From IMG/VR virus record IMGVR_UViG_3300034170_000089, positions 1,094 to 65,093 of that record: a stretch of DNA of 64,000 nt. One strand, given 5' to 3'. The notes under the pieces were generated by a model. It saw nothing but the letters and a program-made list of their open reading frames with translations. It was not told where the DNA came from and did no database searches. Shown one piece after another: positions 9,092 to 17,613 of the stretch (its first letter is position 1; each line of letters opens with the position of its first letter). A program made the translations under genes and the position numbers. This DNA comes from a virus. Its lineage: Duplodnaviria > Caudoviricetes.

Positions 9092-9721
9092 ATGCGAACC
9101 TTTCTTGTCGTTGGAGTGGTGCTGCTGGTGTCCGGCTGCTCTGGGTCGTCGAGCGGAGAGCGCGGGGCGACCGGCCCGCAGGGTTCCACGGGGCCGGCTG
9201 GGCCTACCGGACCGCAGGGCGCCGCGGGGGTGAGCGCGGACCAGGCCGTCTTCGCTGGATCCCGGCTGGTCCTGACCCAGAAGACCACGTGGACCGGCTC
9301 CGACGGATCGCGCTACGTCTTGTCCGGGTCCACCATGTTTCATGACCAGGCGCTCGGGATCGACTGCAATCCGGACGTGGCCGCTGACGGGACGACGCGC
9401 TGTTTGCCGACCTACGTGATTCCGTACGTCTACCCGGGCGCCTTTGTTGATGACAAGTGCACTTCACTGTTCGCCGTGCCCTCCTACCCATGCGCGCTGG
9501 GACGGTACGTATACGAGCAGTCCGGGGCCGCCTGCACCGCGTCGGGTGCGGGCAGCTCCAGGAGGTTTTTCCAGCTCGGCAGCGAACTCCCCGCGGGAAC
9601 AACGATCTACACAGCCAGCGGAGGAGTCTGCTCCGAGACCTCCTGGGCCCCCTCTGGAAAGATCTACGGAGTCGGCGCGGAGGTTCCTCCCTCCACGTTC
9701 GTGCAGTTCACGGCTCAGTGA
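9092..9721 (+). CDS. Lipoprotein with collagen-like repeats and Cys-rich domain (moron)
   Basis: Lipobox LVSGC; 8 G-X-Y triplets; GSRL...GSDGS...HD..LGIDC...AADGTTRCLP pattern recalled from myxobacterial proteins. Confidence 0.8.
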   Translation: MRTFLVVGVVLLVSGCSGSSSGERGATGPQGSTGPAGPTGPQGAAGVSADQAVFAGSRLVLTQKTTWTGSDGSRYVLSGSTMFHDQALGIDCNPDVAADGTTRCLPTYVIPYVYPGAFVDDKCTSLFAVPSYPCALGRYVYEQSGAACTASGAGSSRRFFQLGSELPAGTTIYTASGGVCSETSWAPSGKIYGVGAEVPPSTFVQFTAQ

Positions 9722-10058
9722 CCTTCTTCTTCTCCGCGCGCTCCCGCCGCTCCTTCGAGATCGCCATCAGCTCGGCGAAGAGCTGGTAGGCCTCTACCTG
9801 ATGCTCCTCTGCTACTGGCGGCGACTCGCGGGCGCGGTGGAGGTCGTCTAACCAGGCGTGAAACTCGGGGGCGATCTCCTTGAGCCGCGCGACTATCTCC
9901 GCGGACCGAAGGAACCAATGCGGCGCCTTCGCCCGGAAGATGTCCTTGACGCCGATCCCGACCGGAGAAGGCGAGGCGTTCCGCGTGTCGGCGCCGCAGC
10001 GCTTGCACCGCAGCGCGCCGTCCTGGATCTCCTGGTAGCACTTCGGGCATGTGAACAT
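9708..10058 (-). CDS. Zinc-ribbon protein
   Basis: N-terminal CPKC...CKRCG; ATG start. Confidence 0.6.
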   Translation of the reverse strand: MFTCPKCYQEIQDGALRCKRCGADTRNASPSPVGIGVKDIFRAKAPHWFLRSAEIVARLKEIAPEFHAWLDDLHRARESPPVAEEHQVEAYQLFAELMAISKERRERAEKKKVTEP

Positions 10059-10181
10059 GGCCCGGCACGGTAACAGGGGCCCTCTCGCCTGGTCCAGAAC
10101 CTGAACGGGCGAACCGCTCCAGATGGGGAGTGGGTCGGAGCGCGCTTGTCACGTGCAGCGAAAACGGATGTGCTGAGGGTC

Positions 10182-10598
10182 ATGAAGAAGGCGACCATCG
10201 CGGCCATCGTCGTTGGCGGCCTCATCTGCGTAGCTGCCGTCTCCGGATCGCAGAAGGGAGGGGGCGGGGGCCGCGGCGCGGATCGTGCCACCGAACCTGA
10301 GAAGGCGCCAGTGCCTCCCAAGACCAAAGCAGAGCAGGAGTCGGACAGGAGGTCCTCCGCGGCCTACGCATGCCGGATGTTCGTCGAGAGGAGCCTTCAC
10401 GATCCCGACTCCGCTGAGTTCGACGACGAGTCGGAGTACGTGGTGTCCAAATCGCGGGGCGGCGTTTACCGGGTGGTGGTGACGCTCCGCGCGCGCAACG
10501 GGTTCAACGCTCTGCGCCACGGCTCCGTGATCTGCAAGACCAGGCACAGCGACGCGCTGGAGGGCTGGGAGCCCGTCGAGATCCAGAACGGGGAGTAG
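10182..10598 (+). CDS. Membrane-anchored protein (moron)
   Basis: N-terminal hydrophobic helix; C..FV..SLHDPDSAEF and RARNGFNAL motifs. Confidence 0.7.
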   Translation: MKKATIAAIVVGGLICVAAVSGSQKGGGGGRGADRATEPEKAPVPPKTKAEQESDRRSSAAYACRMFVERSLHDPDSAEFDDESEYVVSKSRGGVYRVVVTLRARNGFNALRHGSVICKTRHSDALEGWEPVEIQNGE

Positions 10599-10725
10599 CC
10601 CCGGCAGGGCAGAAGTGAATCATCGGCACACCTGTCCGGTTCGGTGCTGTCGCGCAAACCCTTCAAGACACTGCCGTTTCACGGCAAGCCTTCCCAGGCA
10701 CGTGGACTGCAAGTAAGGTGCGACC

Positions 10726-11229
10726 ATGAGGGCGACGGTCCTGTCGGTGGTGGTGGCGGTGGTGGTGGCGGCAGCCGGCTGCCAGGAACTTCTCCCGGAG
10801 CCGCCCGTCGAACTGGAAGTAGACGGCGTCACTTTCGGACGAAGCGACGCCACCCCCCCGCTTCCGACGACCATCCTGGACCCCGACCGGCTGACGCTCG
10901 TGCTCCAACGCTCCGCGGCGCTCTGGGGCGTGCCAGTATCCAACCTCGCTGGCTTGCGGGTCGGCCTTTCCTCGCAGCCGGTCTGCCCCGACGGTACGCG
11001 TGACCTAGCGTGTTACCAGGCCGGGGTAATCTGGCTGTGGAATCCGGAGCAGGCGCCATACGACGCGTGGCAGACCGCTGCCTCTGCTTGCCCAGAGCAT
11101 GCGTTACCGCACGAGATAGGGCACTTCCTGATCGGGGACCCGACGCACTCGGACCCTCGGTTTATCGACGCGGAGCATGTACTGGACGATCTTCCCAGGT
11201 GTGAGCCCGGGCCGATGTGCACTGGCTAG
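10726..11229 (+). CDS. Lipoprotein with HExxH zinc-metallopeptidase motif
   Basis: Lipobox AAGC; LPHEIGHFL; TAAGGT -10-like box 6 nt before ATG (probably leaderless). Confidence 0.7.
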   Translation: MRATVLSVVVAVVVAAAGCQELLPEPPVELEVDGVTFGRSDATPPLPTTILDPDRLTLVLQRSAALWGVPVSNLAGLRVGLSSQPVCPDGTRDLACYQAGVIWLWNPEQAPYDAWQTAASACPEHALPHEIGHFLIGDPTHSDPRFIDAEHVLDDLPRCEPGPMCTG

Positions 11230-12104
11230 AATTCCTTGGCTACTAGCTGCATGTTGATCACCTGGGCGCTCACCGTGCCGCCGGACGCCTGAAGCTGGAC
11301 TGAATACGAATAGGTCCCAGACGCCACAGGGTCAATGACCGTGATGCTAGCCTGGGAGTCACCGTTGAGCAAGTTGATGCCACCCACGACGGTCGTACCC
11401 CGCATCACCACAGCAAACACTACCCCAGAGAAGCACTCCATATAGGCGTTCACGGCTCCAGCGAACGGCTGGAACAGCAACAGAACAGGGCGCCCAGTTG
11501 TGGTTATACTTACGGTAGAGTTCGTTACGGTCGAATTCCCGGCTGCGCTTACCAAGAACGTGCCGGAAGAACCGGAGATGACCGGGGTTCGGTCCACATA
11601 CCCCTTGTTCGCTCCGTCGGTGGAGGCAGAAGGCGTCGCTACGTTGTTCAGCGCGTTCCCGTGGCAGTCGATCGCGCCGGTGCTCCCGATCGAAACGCGC
11701 TGGACACTGTTGGTGTACAGGTCGAGACCGAACTGACCCGCCCCGGACGTGCGCTTGCTGCCGACGCCCTCGCCCGAAGTGGACACGCCGAACCGAAGCG
11801 ATGAAGCGATCGTCCCGGTGTTCGCGCCGCTCGCATCGACGGTCGCCTGGCCTGCGACGGAGATGTCCGTCGACGAGGTGAGTCCAGCCGCGAACGTGTG
11901 CCGAGAGGTCCAGGTCAGCGTCTGGCCGAGGAGGCCATCGAGAACGACGCAGGCGTCGTAGATGACCTTGAACAGCCAGTTGAAGTATTGAGCGGGAGGC
12001 TTCTCCGAGGCGATCCACCCCGAGTCCTTCTTCGACTCCAGCGGCTCCGTGATGCCCGCTCCGCCTCCGGTGGCCCAGCGTGGCAGCTTTGCGAGAAGTC
12101 CCAT
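11226..12104 (-). CDS. Tail fibre protein
   Basis: N-terminal PRWA...KKDSGW..EKPPAQYFNWL attachment domain; DGANKGYVD stalk motif; follows the DUF2612 gene. Confidence 0.85.
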   Translation of the reverse strand: MGLLAKLPRWATGGGAGITEPLESKKDSGWIASEKPPAQYFNWLFKVIYDACVVLDGLLGQTLTWTSRHTFAAGLTSSTDISVAGQATVDASGANTGTIASSLRFGVSTSGEGVGSKRTSGAGQFGLDLYTNSVQRVSIGSTGAIDCHGNALNNVATPSASTDGANKGYVDRTPVISGSSGTFLVSAAGNSTVTNSTVSITTTGRPVLLLFQPFAGAVNAYMECFSGVVFAVVMRGTTVVGGINLLNGDSQASITVIDPVASGTYSYSVQLQASGGTVSAQVINMQLVAKEF

Positions 12105-12113
12105 TGTGATCTC

Positions 12114-12692
12114 CTAGAGTGCGGTCGCGAAGAGGCCGCCCGTGGATGGATTGGTCGAGTCCCCGAACCCTGCTCCGTTCGGATCGCACGCGAAGGAGGT
12201 GGCGTCGGCGGTGGTGGGGCTCACGAACACGGCGCGGACGCCGGCCGGCTTCACCTTCTGCAGGATGCTGTTTGACTCGACCGGATCGATCGCGAAGGTG
12301 GAGGCGCCCATGGTGAGGGTGAACGCGGCGGGGAATTCCTCCGACAGCGTTACCGAAGAGGTGCCGTTCACGAGCGCGGTGAAGATGTCGATGATCTCCG
12401 GGATGGTGCCGCTCGACCGGTTGATCTTCACCCGCGTCTTGATCCAGAGACGGTAGGTGTCGTCGATGCGGCCCTCTCTGGGCTGGTTGACGATCCTGCC
12501 GTACTCGTCTAGCCGCTCCCCGTGGACGTTGTCGATCGTCTCGGAGAAGACGGCCCAGAAGGCATCCTCGAGATCCTGGTAGCGGCCAGCGCACAGGCCG
12601 ATGAGGGCCTTGAGGTTGTCCGCGTCCCGGTACTGGCGGACCACGTTGGAGAGGGCGATCCCCTCGTGGTCCGTGATGTGGTCGAGGGCCAT
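12114..12692 (-). CDS. Baseplate wedge protein (DUF2612-like)
   Basis: QYR, GERLDEYGRIV, DDTYRLWIK, KPAGV motifs. Confidence 0.85.
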   Translation of the reverse strand: MALDHITDHEGIALSNVVRQYRDADNLKALIGLCAGRYQDLEDAFWAVFSETIDNVHGERLDEYGRIVNQPREGRIDDTYRLWIKTRVKINRSSGTIPEIIDIFTALVNGTSSVTLSEEFPAAFTLTMGASTFAIDPVESNSILQKVKPAGVRAVFVSPTTADATSFACDPNGAGFGDSTNPSTGGLFATAL

Positions 12693-12694
12693 GG

Positions 12695-14056
12695 TTACGG
12701 CGTGTCCGAGTAGTTGGTGGCGTTGACGACGATCCGAGAGGTGTCGAGGTTCGCCTGCTGGGTGGCGGTGATGCCGACCTTGGTCTCGGTCGTGGGGCTC
12801 GCGCTGGTGTCGATGTAGAGCGAGGGCACGTCCATCACGCCACTGACAGTGATGGCGCGCTTGATCCGGAAGCTCACCACGTCCACGCCTGCGCCCTGGT
12901 TCGCCTGGCCGAAGGCGACGATCGCGGCCTTGACCTGGGCATCCCCGTCGGCCGGGTAGGTGGTCGGATCCTTCTGGAGATTGACCACGACGTAGATCGA
13001 GACCTGCGACGGCCGGCTGAACTTCACGGTGTGCGACTTCCCCTGAGCGTCAACGGACGATCCGGTGGTGGTCCCGTAGGTCTCGATGCCGGCGGGCTTG
13101 GCGTCGAACACTGCGTCGAGGACGCTCTGATCGGTGCCTCCGGAGACCAGCACCTCAATCGACTTGGCCGGCCGGCTGAATGCGTCCGTCGAGAGGGTCG
13201 TGTTCTCGAAGACGGTGCAGGCCGTCACCCCGGAGACCTGGAGCACGGCGGCCCGGACCGCGTCGGGAGCCGATAGGCCCTGGGACGCGAGCTCCGTCAG
13301 GCGGCGCAGGCGCAGGGCGACCGGCGTCTCTCGATCGGCCCCGGCAGCGGCGTCGGCCGCGTTCGAGCACCATGACCACCCGCCGACGGGCGTCTCGATG
13401 ACGGTCAGGGTGCGCGCGGGCGCGACGAGGGGACCTGTGTCGACCGCCTCGGCCGCGACGTCCGCAGCCCCGGAGCCGGCACCGAGATAGACCCAGTGCG
13501 CCCCGCCGTCGGTGATGTCGGTCGCTGTCCCCGTGGGCCCGCCGGAGCTGGCCGAGGTTCCCGCGGTGATCGCCTCGTAGACGTTCCCGCCGTTCGTCGC
13601 CCGAGCGCCGACCGAGTAGGCGTGGCTGCTCGCCCAGGCCGAGACGGTCGTGATCGTCGCGTCGGCCTTCGTCGAGAACTTCACGCCCGTCCCGGAGACG
13701 CTCGCCTGAGATCCGGCCGGAACGACGGTGCCTGCGACGCCCCCGATCGTGAGGGCCGAGAGCTGGGACTTCGTCGCGGCCTTCGGGCCGACGGTCCCGG
13801 TGATAGCGCACAGGCTCGACTGCGCGGCCCCGGTCGCCTGGTCGGGGTCTCGCGCGGAGACCACTTCCTCGGCCATATCCCAGAGGTCAGACTCGCGGGC
13901 CGCCAGGATGCCGATGATCTGGCCCTCCGGCGTGGAGGCGTCGAGGCTCACGCCCTCGCCGAAGACGCCGCGGAACGAGGTCTGGAGCTCGGAGAGGATG
14001 ACGTCCAAGGTCTTCGGGACGAAACCACTGTCAGTCAATCCGTAGTCGATCGCCAT
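12695..14056 (-). CDS. Baseplate J / gp47 family protein
   Basis: YGLTDSGF, TPEGQIIGI, DPDQATG, VFEN, KPAGIETYG, KFSRP motifs. Confidence 0.9.
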   Translation of the reverse strand: MAIDYGLTDSGFVPKTLDVILSELQTSFRGVFGEGVSLDASTPEGQIIGILAARESDLWDMAEEVVSARDPDQATGAAQSSLCAITGTVGPKAATKSQLSALTIGGVAGTVVPAGSQASVSGTGVKFSTKADATITTVSAWASSHAYSVGARATNGGNVYEAITAGTSASSGGPTGTATDITDGGAHWVYLGAGSGAADVAAEAVDTGPLVAPARTLTVIETPVGGWSWCSNAADAAAGADRETPVALRLRRLTELASQGLSAPDAVRAAVLQVSGVTACTVFENTTLSTDAFSRPAKSIEVLVSGGTDQSVLDAVFDAKPAGIETYGTTTGSSVDAQGKSHTVKFSRPSQVSIYVVVNLQKDPTTYPADGDAQVKAAIVAFGQANQGAGVDVVSFRIKRAITVSGVMDVPSLYIDTSASPTTETKVGITATQQANLDTSRIVVNATNYSDTP

Positions 14057-14058
14057 GG

Positions 14059-14430
14059 TCACCCGATCTGGACGGTCCCGGAGACGGTCCCGGTCGTGCC
14101 GTTCATCGACGCCTGCGCGTCATAGGAGGCGGAGAGAGTGCGCGCGGAGGGGTCGATCGAGACGGTCAGGCTCTTGAGCGCCATCACGCCCGGGGTCTGG
14201 AGGATTCGATCTCGGAGCACCTGCCGGATTACCGACTCGCTGCGCGGCTTGCCGAGGATCTTCTCGTAGAGCGGCAGGCCCTCAGCCGGATCGAGGAACC
14301 ACTCTCCGGCGGCGAGCAGCATGCGGCTCTCCAGGAGCTGGCGAACCGCCTCGAGCGGATCCGTCACCCGCTGGAGCGCGCCTCCGCTCCACACGATGTC
14401 TCCGTCCTGGACCCGCAACCCGAACGCCAT
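14059..14430 (-). CDS. Baseplate wedge / sheath initiator (gp25/gp46-like)
   Basis: GEWFLD..EGLP and ILQTPGV motifs; upstream of J. Confidence 0.85.
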   Translation of the reverse strand: MAFGLRVQDGDIVWSGGALQRVTDPLEAVRQLLESRMLLAAGEWFLDPAEGLPLYEKILGKPRSESVIRQVLRDRILQTPGVMALKSLTVSIDPSARTLSASYDAQASMNGTTGTVSGTVQIG

Positions 14431-14434
14431 GGGT

Positions 14435-14506
14435 CCCACCTATCACCTCGGCTCCAGCGCTCACCTGGTCTCGATTCGCGCTCCCGACGCGGCTTCGATA
14501 GGTGGG
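14435..14506. promoter_or_regulatory. Divergent pair of GATAGGTGGG motifs (putative late promoters)
   Basis: CCCACCTATC at 14435-14444 (minus) and GATAGGTGGG at 14497-14506 (plus), each 4 nt before an ATGGCG start. Confidence 0.65.
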
Positions 14507-14510
14507 GCTC

Positions 14511-15044
14511 ATGGCGGCGCTCTCGATCATCCACGCGCGCAGTCCGAACCGCAGCAGCCGTCACGGCGCCGCGATCGACTGCGTCGTGCTGCACACCACC
14601 GAGGGCGCGGCGAACGGGGCCGTGGCCTGGCTCCAGGACCCGGCCAGCAAGGCCAGCGCGCACTACCTCATCGCCGCGGACGGGCGGATCTACCAGCTCG
14701 TCGACGAGTCCGAGGAGGCCTGGCACGCGGGCAACCCGGCGGTGAACCGGAGCTCGATCGGCATCGAGCTCGAGGGGAAGGCGTCCGAAGAGGCCACGTT
14801 CACGGCGCCGATGATGAGCTCCCTGCTCGGGATGCTGCGCTACCTGCTCGGCCGGTACCACATCCCCGCCGATCGGCAGCACGTGTTCGGCCACTGCGAC
14901 GTGCCGGACCCTGACCACCCGGGCCAGCTCGGCGGCCACCGCCACCACACCGATCCGGGCGCGTTCTTCCCCTGGAATCAGCTCTTTTCCGCCCTCAACC
15001 CCGCGCCGGCCGGGACCCCCGCCGGGAAGGAGACCCCAGCATGA
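14511..15044 (+). CDS. Endolysin, N-acetylmuramoyl-L-alanine amidase (Amidase_2)
   Basis: SPN, VVLHTT, SAHY, AWHAG, N..SIGIE, GH, DPG motifs. Confidence 0.92.
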   Translation: MAALSIIHARSPNRSSRHGAAIDCVVLHTTEGAANGAVAWLQDPASKASAHYLIAADGRIYQLVDESEEAWHAGNPAVNRSSIGIELEGKASEEATFTAPMMSSLLGMLRYLLGRYHIPADRQHVFGHCDVPDPDHPGQLGGHRHHTDPGAFFPWNQLFSALNPAPAGTPAGKETPA

Positions 15045-15607
15045 AACGTTCCGTTAAGTGGTTCGGCCTCTTGGCCTTCGTCGCCATCATCGCCCTGCCC
15101 GTTCTCGCGCTCGCGCAGGTGCCCGATCCGTCCGACTCGTCCGCGTTCCTCTCCGCGCTGCTCGGCGCGTTCAAGTCGGGCGACAAGGGCGTGCTCGCCG
15201 CGCTCGCCATCGCCGGCGTGATCTACGTCTTGCGCAAGTTCAGCTCGAAGATCCCGGGCCTGGGCGCGTTCTTCGCGACCTCCCTGGGCGGTGCCACCTT
15301 CGCCGGCATCGTCGTCCTCCTGGGCGGCCTTGCCGCGGCGCTCTACTCGCACCAGACCATCACCGGCGCGTACCTCTGGGCTCTCCTCCTCGCGACCTGG
15401 ACCGCGGCCGGCGCCTGGACCTGGGTCCGGCGCATGCTCGCGCTGCTCAGCAGGATCCCGACGGTCGGTGGGCTCTTCGGCCTGATCCTCTCCATCCTCG
15501 GCGGCGACCCCGACTCGCAGGTACAGGCCGCGGCCGACGCGGCGAAGACCAGCGTCCCTCCGACCACGCCCGGCGCCGACGTTGCCGCCGGTCTCGATCC
15601 GAAGTAG
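15041..15607 (+). CDS. Multi-pass membrane protein, holin candidate
   Basis: Signal-like N-terminus plus several hydrophobic helices; overlaps the endolysin stop. Confidence 0.6.
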   Translation: MKRSVKWFGLLAFVAIIALPVLALAQVPDPSDSSAFLSALLGAFKSGDKGVLAALAIAGVIYVLRKFSSKIPGLGAFFATSLGGATFAGIVVLLGGLAAALYSHQTITGAYLWALLLATWTAAGAWTWVRRMLALLSRIPTVGGLFGLILSILGGDPDSQVQAAADAAKTSVPPTTPGADVAAGLDPK

Positions 15608-15613
15608 GCCACC

Positions 15614-16069
15614 ATGCGCGCCACCCTGATTCTCGTTCTGGCTGGGCTGGGAGCGGTAGCAGCTCCCGGGGTCGGCGTCTGTGATCCGCTCCCGGCCCCG
15701 CCGCCAAACGAATTGCACATCGTCGTCGCCCCGGGTTCGCCGATCACCACCGCGGCGGGCCCGGTCATCACGGCCAAGGCCGACGAGCTCAACTCGTCCT
15801 TCGGGGGCATCTACACGCCCCCCGCGCTCGCGCGCTGGGATCTCGAGCGGCTCAAGCGCCTGGAGGCGGAGCGCGATGCGGCCCTGAAGGTGGCCTATGA
15901 CCGTCCGCCCCCGGGGCTCAAGCCGCTTGCGGTCGGGCTCGGGATCGGCGTCGCCGTGGGCGGAACGGCCGCGGCGTGGTCGGTCGACGGAAAGCCGGGC
16001 GTCAAAGCCATCGCTTCGATCGGCTCGGCCGCGCTCGGGTCGCTCATCCTCTGGCTGGCCAGCCGATAG
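15614..16069 (+). CDS. Exported/membrane protein, possible lysis accessory
   Basis: Signal peptide, short coiled coil, C-terminal Gly-rich hydrophobic segments. Confidence 0.6.
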   Translation: MRATLILVLAGLGAVAAPGVGVCDPLPAPPPNELHIVVAPGSPITTAAGPVITAKADELNSSFGGIYTPPALARWDLERLKRLEAERDAALKVAYDRPPPGLKPLAVGLGIGVAVGGTAAAWSVDGKPGVKAIASIGSAALGSLILWLASR

Positions 16070-16077
16070 GAGTCACC

Positions 16078-16536
16078 ATGCGTAAAGCAGCGCTTCTCTT
16101 CGTCGCCCTCTCGCTGGTCGCATCTCGGGCGTCCGCCGCGCCGGACTGGTTCCAGAAGCGCGACTGGTCCGAGGCGCAAGCGCTCACCCGCGCCACGCCG
16201 ACCACCGACGGGACGATCGGGCTCGACCTCTCCAGCTCGATCGCCTTCATGGTCGTGCTCGACGCTCCGACCGGCCAGACGCTCTCGGGCGGCGGGGAGG
16301 TCGACCTCTACTACTACGACGCCACGCTGGCGGCCTGGTACCCGGGCCCGGCCACCGGGAACTGGACGTCGCTATCTGAGTGCGCGGGGAAGGCCCGATG
16401 CGTCCACGGGACCTACGACGTCACGATGCCGCGGGGGAAGGTGATCGCCGTGACCAACGGTGTGACGGTCAGTTCCGGCACCCAGGTCACCATGCGGATC
16501 CTCTCCACCACCTCCGGCCAGTCCATCTCCTACTGA
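16078..16536 (+). CDS. Signal-peptide protein, beta-rich
   Basis: MRKAALLFVALSLVASRASA signal with A-x-A site; RBS AGGAG. Confidence 0.75.
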   Translation: MRKAALLFVALSLVASRASAAPDWFQKRDWSEAQALTRATPTTDGTIGLDLSSSIAFMVVLDAPTGQTLSGGGEVDLYYYDATLAAWYPGPATGNWTSLSECAGKARCVHGTYDVTMPRGKVIAVTNGVTVSSGTQVTMRILSTTSGQSISY

Positions 16537-16543
16537 GGTGCGC

Positions 16544-17605
16544 ATGCGATCGGCTCTCGTTCTGCTGGCTCTTCTCCCCGCGCTGGCCCTCGGCCAGGCG
16601 GTTCCGCATGGATCGTCGACGGGATCCTCCGGCGGGTGTCTCGATGGAGCTGCGGGCGCTGTTGGTCCGATCGGCCCCACTGGAGCAACGGGTCCGGCTG
16701 GCGCCACCGGCGCCACGGGACAGACCGGGCCCGCGGGATCGGGCATCAACTCCGTCACCTCGATCCCGGCCACGCCGTCGTCCGGGGATGTGCCGTTCGT
16801 ATATCACCAGGGGTCAACCACTCCGGGCTGGATCGGCAACATCGGGACGCTCGGGGTGGCCACGTACCAGCTACCTTTCGTCGGCGCGGGTCGGCCGATC
16901 TTCGGGTGCGTGACTCCAGCCGGGTTCGGCACGAGCACACTCACCAACTTCGGATCGGCCGGGACCAGTTCAGTAACGGGTACCGCAGCCGGAGTATCGT
17001 TCGACCTATCCTCCGCTCTGGGGCGCTCGCTCAAGGTTCAGTACGACAGCGCGTCGTCCAGTACCGGTCCGACTCCGGCCTCTGCCGGCGTCCGCGCGAA
17101 CGCGCATGTCACCTGGCGCGGGAACGGCAGCGGCACCGGCGGCTGGGACTGGTGGGGCGCGTGCGGAGCCCTGACCACGGTCAGCGGCCAGCGATTCTTC
17201 TGCGGCCTCAAGGAAGGTACCAGCGCGATCTCGACCACGGCCGAGCCCTCAGCGCAGATCCACACCGCCTACGTAGGGTGCGACTCGACGCAGACCACGC
17301 TGAGGGCGTGCAGCAACGACGCCAGCGCATCGGCCGCATGCACCGACCTCGGGGCCAACTTTCCGTGCGGAGGGGCCTACTACAACGTCCGGATCTGGGC
17401 CAAGCCCAGCGACACCAGCATTGGCTACCAGGTTGACCGCGTTGACTCGGCATTCACCGCGAGCGGCACGTTCGCCACCCAGCTCCCGCGGGCTACCGGA
17501 TCGCTCGGCCTTTCCTATGACGTGACCGTCAACACCGGGCCCACTGCGACCAATGCGGTGAGTTCGGCCTATTTCGGCGGCCAATGCCTGGTGGCCAACC
17601 CGTGA
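16544..17605 (+). CDS. Signal-peptide, collagen-repeat, tail-fibre-like protein
   Basis: MRSALVLLALLPALALG signal; about 10 G-X-Y triplets; C-terminal WRGN...GG...RFFCGL...EPS...ND...DLGANFP domain. Confidence 0.75.
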   Translation: MRSALVLLALLPALALGQAVPHGSSTGSSGGCLDGAAGAVGPIGPTGATGPAGATGATGQTGPAGSGINSVTSIPATPSSGDVPFVYHQGSTTPGWIGNIGTLGVATYQLPFVGAGRPIFGCVTPAGFGTSTLTNFGSAGTSSVTGTAAGVSFDLSSALGRSLKVQYDSASSSTGPTPASAGVRANAHVTWRGNGSGTGGWDWWGACGALTTVSGQRFFCGLKEGTSAISTTAEPSAQIHTAYVGCDSTQTTLRACSNDASASAACTDLGANFPCGGAYYNVRIWAKPSDTSIGYQVDRVDSAFTASGTFATQLPRATGSLGLSYDVTVNTGPTATNAVSSAYFGGQCLVANP

Positions 17606-17613
17606 GATCGGCC

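Noticed and set aside
2524-14430. Stand-alone contractile injection system or tailocin
   Set aside because: Capsid, portal, terminase and replication genes are present, so it is a complete phage
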